Positions 1-3,644 of a stretch of DNA of 6,131 bases are shown in pieces. The stretch spans positions 1-6,131 of IMG/VR virus record IMGVR_UViG_3300045988_000048, one strand, 5' to 3'. Source of the stretch: a virus. The notes under the pieces are model-generated. The model saw nothing but the letters and a program-made list of their open reading frames with translations, did not search any database and had not been told where the DNA came from. How positions within the stretch are numbered: position 1 is the first letter of the stretch; the number at the start of each line of letters is the position of its first letter. Made by a program: the position numbers and the translations under genes.

Positions 1-366
1 TATGGTGCTTGTAAATTATTGGATTATCTGAATTATGGTTCTTTCCTTGATTCTGCTAATGCTAAGAAAGCTACTATTACTGAGGCTTATACTGGTATTA
101 AATCTATGAATGATAATTTGAATCCATTGTTGTATAAGAGTTCTGTGGCTGTTAATCTTCTTCCGTTGTTTACTTATCAGAAAATCTATTTTGATTTCTT
201 TAGCAATTCTCAATGGGAGAAGCATTTAGCTTATTCTTATAATTTGGATTATTGGAGTGGCGCTCAAATTTCTGACCTTTCTCAGGAATGGTTTAAACTT
301 CGTTATGCTAATTATCCTAAGGATATGTTTATGGGTGTACTCCCTGCTTCTCAGTATGGTTCGGTA
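1..366. repeat. Left copy of the 366-nt exact terminal redundancy (identical to 5766..6131). It is a wrap-around of a circular genome, not a biological terminal repeat.
   Basis: Base-by-base comparison of 1-366 with 5766-6131 found no mismatch. The ORF track also reports identical minus-strand ORFs at 16..225 and 5781..5990, an offset of 5765. The repeat lies inside the capsid gene. Confidence 0.95.
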
Positions 367-1311
367 GCGTTTCTTCAACCTCTTGATAAAAGTCTTGCTA
401 CTAATGTTGTTCTTGCTCGTGCTACTGATGGCATAAGTAATTCCTCTGTTCGTAATCTTTCTGGCGGTAGTACTGTGCAAACAACTTCATCTAATTCTAC
501 TGATTCTGATAGATTGCTTCGCGTCAACACTGACCTTTCCGCTCTCTCGATCCGTGCCACAGAGTATTTACAGCGTTGGAAAGAAGTAGTCCAATTCTCT
601 AGCAAGGATTATTCAGATCAGATGGCTGCCCAGTTTGGCGTTAAAGCTCCTGAATATATGGGTAATCATGCCCATTATATTGGTGGATGGAGTTCTGTTA
701 TTAATATTAATGAGGTTGTGAATACTAACCTTGATACCGATAGTTCACAGGCTAGTATCGCTGGTAAAGGTGTCGGTTCTAATTCTGGTCATCAGATCAC
801 ATATGATTGCGGAGCGGAACATTGTGTAATTATGTGTGTTTACCATGCTGTTCCATTGCTTGATTGGGCTTCTACTGGACAATCACCTCAGTTGTTATGT
901 ACTAGTGTTAGTGATTTCCCTCAACCTGCGTTTGATCAGTTAGGTATGCAGCCTGTTCCTGCTACTGCTATGTGTAATAGCAAGAATATGAGTGGTTCGA
1001 ATACTGCTAATATTGGTTATAACCTTCGTTATTGGCAATGGAAGTCTGATATTGATCGTGTGAATGGCGCTCTTCGGCCCCAGTTGGCTTATCAGGCTTG
1101 GGCTGCACCTCTTGGTGGTGAGAATTTATTGACGCGTACCGGTGCTTGGAATTATAAGTCTATGAAGGTGTTCCCCCAACAGCTTAATTCTATTTTCCAG
1201 CCTCAGGTTACTACGTCTACTTATTCTGTTGCACAGGACCAGTTGATTTGTAATGTTAATTTCCAAGTGTATGCTGTGCAAAACTTGGATCGTAATGGTT
1301 TACCTTATTAA
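1..1311 (+). CDS. VP1: Major capsid protein (VP1 / F-like), 3' portion of the same gene as 5343..6131. The joined protein is 577 aa.
   Basis: Frame 1 is open from nt 1 to the TAA at 1309-1311. Nt 1-366 duplicate 5766-6131, and the reading frame is preserved (5343 minus 5765 falls in the same phase as nt 1). Third codon positions are strongly T-rich, as in the other phage genes. The size is typical of gokushovirus/alpavirus capsid proteins. Confidence 0.93.
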   Translation, partial: YGACKLLDYLNYGSFLDSANAKKATITEAYTGIKSMNDNLNPLLYKSSVAVNLLPLFTYQKIYFDFFSNSQWEKHLAYSYNLDYWSGAQISDLSQEWFKLRYANYPKDMFMGVLPASQYGSVAFLQPLDKSLATNVVLARATDGISNSSVRNLSGGSTVQTTSSNSTDSDRLLRVNTDLSALSIRATEYLQRWKEVVQFSSKDYSDQMAAQFGVKAPEYMGNHAHYIGGWSSVININEVVNTNLDTDSSQASIAGKGVGSNSGHQITYDCGAEHCVIMCVYHAVPLLDWASTGQSPQLLCTSVSDFPQPAFDQLGMQPVPATAMCNSKNMSGSNTANIGYNLRYWQWKSDIDRVNGALRPQLAYQAWAAPLGGENLLTRTGAWNYKSMKVFPQQLNSIFQPQVTTSTYSVAQDQLICNVNFQVYAVQNLDRNGLPY

Positions 1312-1322
1312 AATGATTGATT

Positions 1323-1766
1323 ATGAGAGATTTTGCTTATAAACCCCAGATTAATGATGATCCTATTGATGTACCTACTGATGTAGAAGGTCATCCCGTG
1401 TATCAGGAATCTGTATTTGATTCAGTTCAGTTTGATGAGTTGGAGGATGGTTCATACATTCAGAATGATATGACTTCTATTCTTCTTAATCAAGAGAAGT
1501 ATCGCCGCTTGCTTGGTGATATGAATGTGAATAACATCCTTGCCCAGATGCATCCTACTCAGTCCACTGTGATGGATGATATGACTGACGAGGAACGCTT
1601 TAATTGTGTTATCTCGCGCCATTGTCAGACAATGTCAGAACGGCAAGCGGTTCTGAAGGAATTGGCTAGTCAGAAATCTGAGCTAACGGCCTATGCCGAA
1701 ATGATGTTGGCAGAGCAACAGTCAGCGCCCGATTCATCGTCCGCCCCTGACTCTTCTGCTCAATGA
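1323..1766 (+). CDS. Hypothetical acidic protein of 147 aa, possibly the internal scaffolding protein (VP3-like), judged from size, charge and position only.
   Basis: The tracked ORF 1317..1766 begins at a TTG. The first ATG is at 1323 (MRDFAYKPQ...). It lies 12 nt after the capsid stop, and its TGA (1764-1766) overlaps the next gene's ATG in an ATGA arrangement. It is rich in D/E and ends in a SAPDSS-SAPDSS repeat. I recognised no diagnostic motif, so the function is a guess from synteny. Confidence 0.7.
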   Translation: MRDFAYKPQINDDPIDVPTDVEGHPVYQESVFDSVQFDELEDGSYIQNDMTSILLNQEKYRRLLGDMNVNNILAQMHPTQSTVMDDMTDEERFNCVISRHCQTMSERQAVLKELASQKSELTAYAEMMLAEQQSAPDSSSAPDSSAQ

Positions 1767-2878
1767 GATTTTATGATATTGGAGAAAGCCCCTTAATGGG
1801 GCATTCCGAAAAACATATTGCTCCTCTTGTTCTTGGTGGTATTATTGCCGCCGGTGCTTCTCTTGCTGGTAATGCTATTGGTTCTGCCTCTCAAAATAAG
1901 GTGAATGATACTAATTTGCAGATCAGTCGTGAGAATAACGCATTTAATGCCGCTGAAGCTGAGAAACAGCGTAATTGGCAGGAATCTATGTGGAACAAGA
2001 ACAATGAGTATAACAGCCCATCGGCTATGATATCTCGTGGCCTTAATCCTTATATTGGTTCTTCTGTTGGTGCTGGTGTTTCTAAGTCCCCTGCTTCTGG
2101 TGGTGCTGCTGCGTCTGCTGCTAATGCTCCTAGTCTTCAGGCTTTCCGTCCGGATTTCTCTGATGTTGGTTCTGCTTTGGCTTCAATGGCCCAAGCTCGT
2201 GCTGCTATGCTTAATGCTGAACAGAATGCTGCTCTTACTCCATATAAGATGCAACAGATTCTCGGTGATACCAATTACCGTAATATTGGTGTTGGTCAAT
2301 CTGGTTATTGGAATTCTTCTACTGGCAGACGTTCTGCTCTGTTGGATCAGTCTAAGGAGTATCAGGAGCTTAGGAATATGGAGTTTGCTGCACGTCTTAC
2401 GTCTGCTCAAGAAGCTCAGATCTTATTGGATTCTAAAGCTCAACAGGTATTGAATAAATATCTTGATGAACAGCAACAGGCTGATTTGTTTATCAAAGGT
2501 CAGACATTGGCTAACCTCTATGCGCAAGGTGCATTGACTGAGGCTCAATATAAAAATCAGATGGCTCAGGCTGTTAAGACTGCTGCCGAAACTAATGGTA
2601 TTCGTATTAATAATAAGATCGCTGGGCAAACTGCTGATTCACTGATTTATGCTAATATTCATTCTAATCGTGCTCGAGGTTTATCTTCATTATGGGATTT
2701 TAAGAATGTTAATGTTTTGAAGAATATGGAATATTCTAAGGATAAGGCTTTACGCGATTATTATAAGTGGAGTTCTAAGCATAAACAGAAGGACGTTGAT
2801 TCTTATGAGTTGCGTAATGCTGTAGATTATGTTACGCGTATATTTCAAGGTGTTGGCAATAGTATTGGCCATAAGTAA
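1763..2878 (+). CDS. VP2: Minor capsid / DNA pilot protein (Microviridae VP2-like), 371 aa
   Basis: ATG 1763 overlaps the upstream stop (ATGA), which suggests translational coupling. An alternative start is ATG 1796, which has GGAG 11 nt upstream. A Gly/Ala-rich hydrophobic segment (IAPLVLGGIIAAGASLAGNAIGSA, nt 1817-1888) is followed by ...NWQESMWNKNNEYNSPSAMISRGLNPYIG. The GLNP motif (nt 2039-2050) is one I recall as conserved in microvirus VP2 proteins. The C-terminal half is long, rich in Q/A/K and probably helical. Confidence 0.8.
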   Translation: MRFYDIGESPLMGHSEKHIAPLVLGGIIAAGASLAGNAIGSASQNKVNDTNLQISRENNAFNAAEAEKQRNWQESMWNKNNEYNSPSAMISRGLNPYIGSSVGAGVSKSPASGGAAASAANAPSLQAFRPDFSDVGSALASMAQARAAMLNAEQNAALTPYKMQQILGDTNYRNIGVGQSGYWNSSTGRRSALLDQSKEYQELRNMEFAARLTSAQEAQILLDSKAQQVLNKYLDEQQQADLFIKGQTLANLYAQGALTEAQYKNQMAQAVKTAAETNGIRINNKIAGQTADSLIYANIHSNRARGLSSLWDFKNVNVLKNMEYSKDKALRDYYKWSSKHKQKDVDSYELRNAVDYVTRIFQGVGNSIGHK

Positions 2879-2896
2879 CATTCTTCAGGACTAGAA

Positions 2897-3062
2897 GCCC
2901 ATCGCGGCGTGTGAGCGATATACACCCGCCGCCCGCGTAGGGCCTGATCGAAATATGGAGCGGAGCGACTTCCTTATAGGAGCGCCCCGCTCCGGTATTT
3001 TAGCACGAAGGTGCGCAAAGGCAGGTTCTATCTGACCTGCCGTGCCTATACACCCCTGTATA
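2897..3062 (+). other. GC-rich cluster of hairpins in the noncoding region: a candidate complementary-strand origin on the packaged + strand, or a structured ncRNA
   Basis: Four hairpins found by hand. (1) 2897-2943: GCCC/GGGC closes inner GCGGC/GCCGC (2904-2908 with 2928-2932) and GTGT/ACAC (2909-2912 with 2922-2925). (2) 2957-2993: GGAGCGG/CCGCTCC, then GCG/CGC, then CTTC/GGAG. (3) 3020-3041: GGCAGGT/ACCTGCC with an 8-nt loop. It can be enclosed by GCACG (3003-3007) pairing with CGTGC (3041-3045). (4) 3047-3062: TATACA-CCCC-TGTATA. No ORF of 60 aa or more is tracked on either strand here. Confidence 0.5.
2957..3000 (+). terminator. Possible intrinsic terminator of the structural (VP1, 147-aa, VP2) transcript
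   Basis: An extended hairpin of about 14 bp (2957-2993) lies 79 nt after the VP2 stop and is followed by GGTATTTTA (T-tract at 2997-3000). The T-tract is short and offset by 3 nt, so the call is tentative. Confidence 0.35.
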
Positions 3063-3075
3063 CATTTACTTTTGC

Positions 3076-3102
3076 CCTAGATCCATTACTAATAGATCTA
3101 GG
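3076..3102. repeat. Perfect 8-bp inverted repeat, CCTAGATC-N11-GATCTAGG, with loop CATTACTAATA
   Basis: 3076-3083 is the exact reverse complement of 3095-3102, with an 11-nt AT-rich spacer. It could be a hairpin in ssDNA or RNA, or a binding site for a dimeric protein. Confidence 0.6.
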
Positions 3103-3115
3103 ATTTGTTAATTAA

Positions 3116-3141
3116 GCGAAGCCCCTAGTTGTGTGCGAAGC
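3116..3141 (+). other. Two copies of the GCGAAGC mini-hairpin heptamer (3116-3122 and 3135-3141)
   Basis: The exact heptamer occurs twice, 19 nt apart. d(GCGAAGC) is known as an exceptionally stable DNA mini-hairpin. A related CGAAG core also occurs at 3006-3010 inside GCAC-GAAG-GTGC. Confidence 0.5.
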
Positions 3142-3142
3142 A

Positions 3143-3180
3143 AAACCCGAGTTATCATCTCGGTTTCTCTTATTTCTTGT
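3143..3180 (+). terminator. Terminator-like hairpin followed by a T-rich tail
   Basis: CCGAG (3147-3151), loop TTATCAT, then CTCGG (3159-3163). AAA (3143-3145) can pair with TTT (3164-3166) across a bulged C3146. The tail is TTTCTCTTATTTCTT. The GC stem is only 5 bp, so this is moderate evidence. Confidence 0.4.
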
Positions 3181-3243
3181 CCATAAACGCACAACTCACA
3201 CTCTATCATAAATGGTCCTTTCTCCACAATTTCTAAAAAACAA

Positions 3244-3274
3244 TTTGGAAATACAAAAAAAAACCATACCTTTG
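3244..3274 (+). promoter_or_regulatory. Bacteroidetes-type promoter: -33 TTTG (3244-3247), 19-nt spacer, -7 TACCTTTG (3267-3274)
   Basis: This matches the Bacteroides primary-sigma consensus TTTG / TAnnTTTG. My recollection is that 19 nt is the usual spacing. It sits about 50 nt upstream of ATG 3325 and could drive the 64-aa ORF, the small peptide and rep. Confidence 0.55.
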
Positions 3275-3324
3275 CCCCATGTAGAAGTTATAACTATTAT
3301 TAACATTTTAAAAACATTACAATT

Positions 3325-3519
3325 ATGCAGAAATTTATCATTTCAGTTAAGGAAAAAAACACTGGTCGCGATGTTCTCTCGCCTTATATTGTCAATTCTC
3401 TGGATGGTCTTGGAGACTATTCTGAGCGAGTTTCTCCGATGGGTCTTATTGTTATTGTGGATTCGATTGAAGAAAAGAATGATTTTGTTGAACTTAAAAC
3501 TCAAGCCGATGAAAAGTAG
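3325..3519 (+). CDS. Hypothetical small acidic protein, 64 aa
   Basis: ORF from ATG to TAG, about 50 nt downstream of the Bacteroidetes-type promoter. Its codon third positions are T-rich like the capsid gene. The overlapping 126-aa frame (3212..3592) is Leu-rich, the usual look of an off-frame shadow. I recognised no motif. Confidence 0.55.
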   Translation: MQKFIISVKEKNTGRDVLSPYIVNSLDGLGDYSERVSPMGLIVIVDSIEEKNDFVELKTQADEK

Positions 3520-3592
3520 TAATATTTGGAAAATTGTAATTGGAGCTGTATCTGCCGCTCTTGGTTATATTCTTAGCGCTATAGGCGTTTAA
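3509..3592 (+). CDS. Possible 27-aa single-pass membrane peptide (MKSSNIWKIVIGAVSAALGYILSAIGV)
   Basis: ATG at 3509 overlaps the last codons of the 64-aa ORF in another frame, and the TAA is at 3590-3592. A short polar/basic N-terminus is followed by about 19 hydrophobic residues rich in small residues. It is very short, so this is a speculative call. Confidence 0.25.
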   Translation: MKSSNIWKIVIGAVSAALGYILSAIGV

Positions 3593-3644
3593 TTGATTTT
3601 ATTGTTTATTTATTTATTTATTGCCTATTCAGGCTTCTGGTTAT

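Noticed and set aside
1-366. Reading the 366-nt direct repeat as a biological terminal repeat, LTR or mobile-element boundary
   Set aside because: The repeat is perfectly identical and cuts through the middle of the capsid ORF, and the frame is restored across the junction. That fits a circular genome written with overlap.
16-605. Minus-strand ORFs 16..225, 226..480 and 375..605. The same reasoning applies to 2183..2410, 2423..2629, 3918..4163, 5418..5672 and 5781..5990.
   Set aside because: All lie antisense to well-supported + strand genes. Their I/K/R/S/L-rich composition is what the complement of a T-rich third-position bias produces. I see no motifs, and microviruses encode all known genes on one strand. 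5781..5990 is simply the duplicate of 16..225.
2037-2453. A 138-aa, extremely Leu/Val-rich ORF with a GTG start, in an alternative frame inside VP2. It could be read as a phiX174 E-like lysis protein.
   Set aside because: Its composition is the expected frameshift shadow of the GCT/GGT/TCT/GTT-rich VP2 codons. It has no ATG start and no polar termini. Only conservation or ribosome-profiling data could rescue it.
2944-2953. CTGATCGAAA, which resembles the hammerhead ribozyme core boxes CUGAnGA and GAAA
   Set aside because: The two boxes are directly adjacent with no stem II between them, the first box deviates from the consensus (CUGAUCG), and no suitable stems I or III flank them.
2942-2958. 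A tRNA T-loop-like sequence (TTCGATC on the minus strand, from plus-strand GATCGAA at 2946-2952), and the 7-bp acceptor-like stem of the 2957-2993 hairpin
   Set aside because: The flanking 5-mers do not pair to form a T-stem on either strand. The 7-bp stem encloses only 23 nt, far too few for a cloverleaf. I see no tRNA in the window.
2957-3020. An attempt to thread an HDV-like ribozyme fold: P1 from GGAGCGG/CCGCTCC, the following GG as P1.1, and GCAC-GAAG-GTGC as P4
   Set aside because: I could find no convincing P2 pairing partner. Four extra nucleotides separate the putative P3 from the P1 3' strand, and L3 lacks the expected features. A simple extended hairpin explains the same bases better. 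A covariance-model scan should still be run.
3010-3037. GGTGCGCA (3010-3017) is identical to the first 8 nt of the XerC-binding arm of E. coli dif. This is relevant because some microviruses are thought to integrate through XerCD
   Set aside because: The rest of the 28-nt window (AAG GCAGGT TCTATCTGACC) does not resemble the dif central region or the XerD arm, and the likely host is not an enterobacterium. It would need comparison with Bacteroidetes dif sites before being taken seriously.
3108-3115. TTAATTAA palindromes at 3108-3115 and 5333-5340
   Set aside because: They are short, AT-only palindromes embedded in low-complexity AT-rich spacers. They are expected by chance at this base composition.
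3212-3592. The 126-aa ORF spanning the promoter region and overlapping the 64-aa ORF
   Set aside because: It would start upstream of the predicted promoter. It is Leu-rich over the part that overlaps 3325..3519, which is shadow-frame behaviour. Only its last 27 codons (3509..3592) are kept, as a low-confidence separate ORF.
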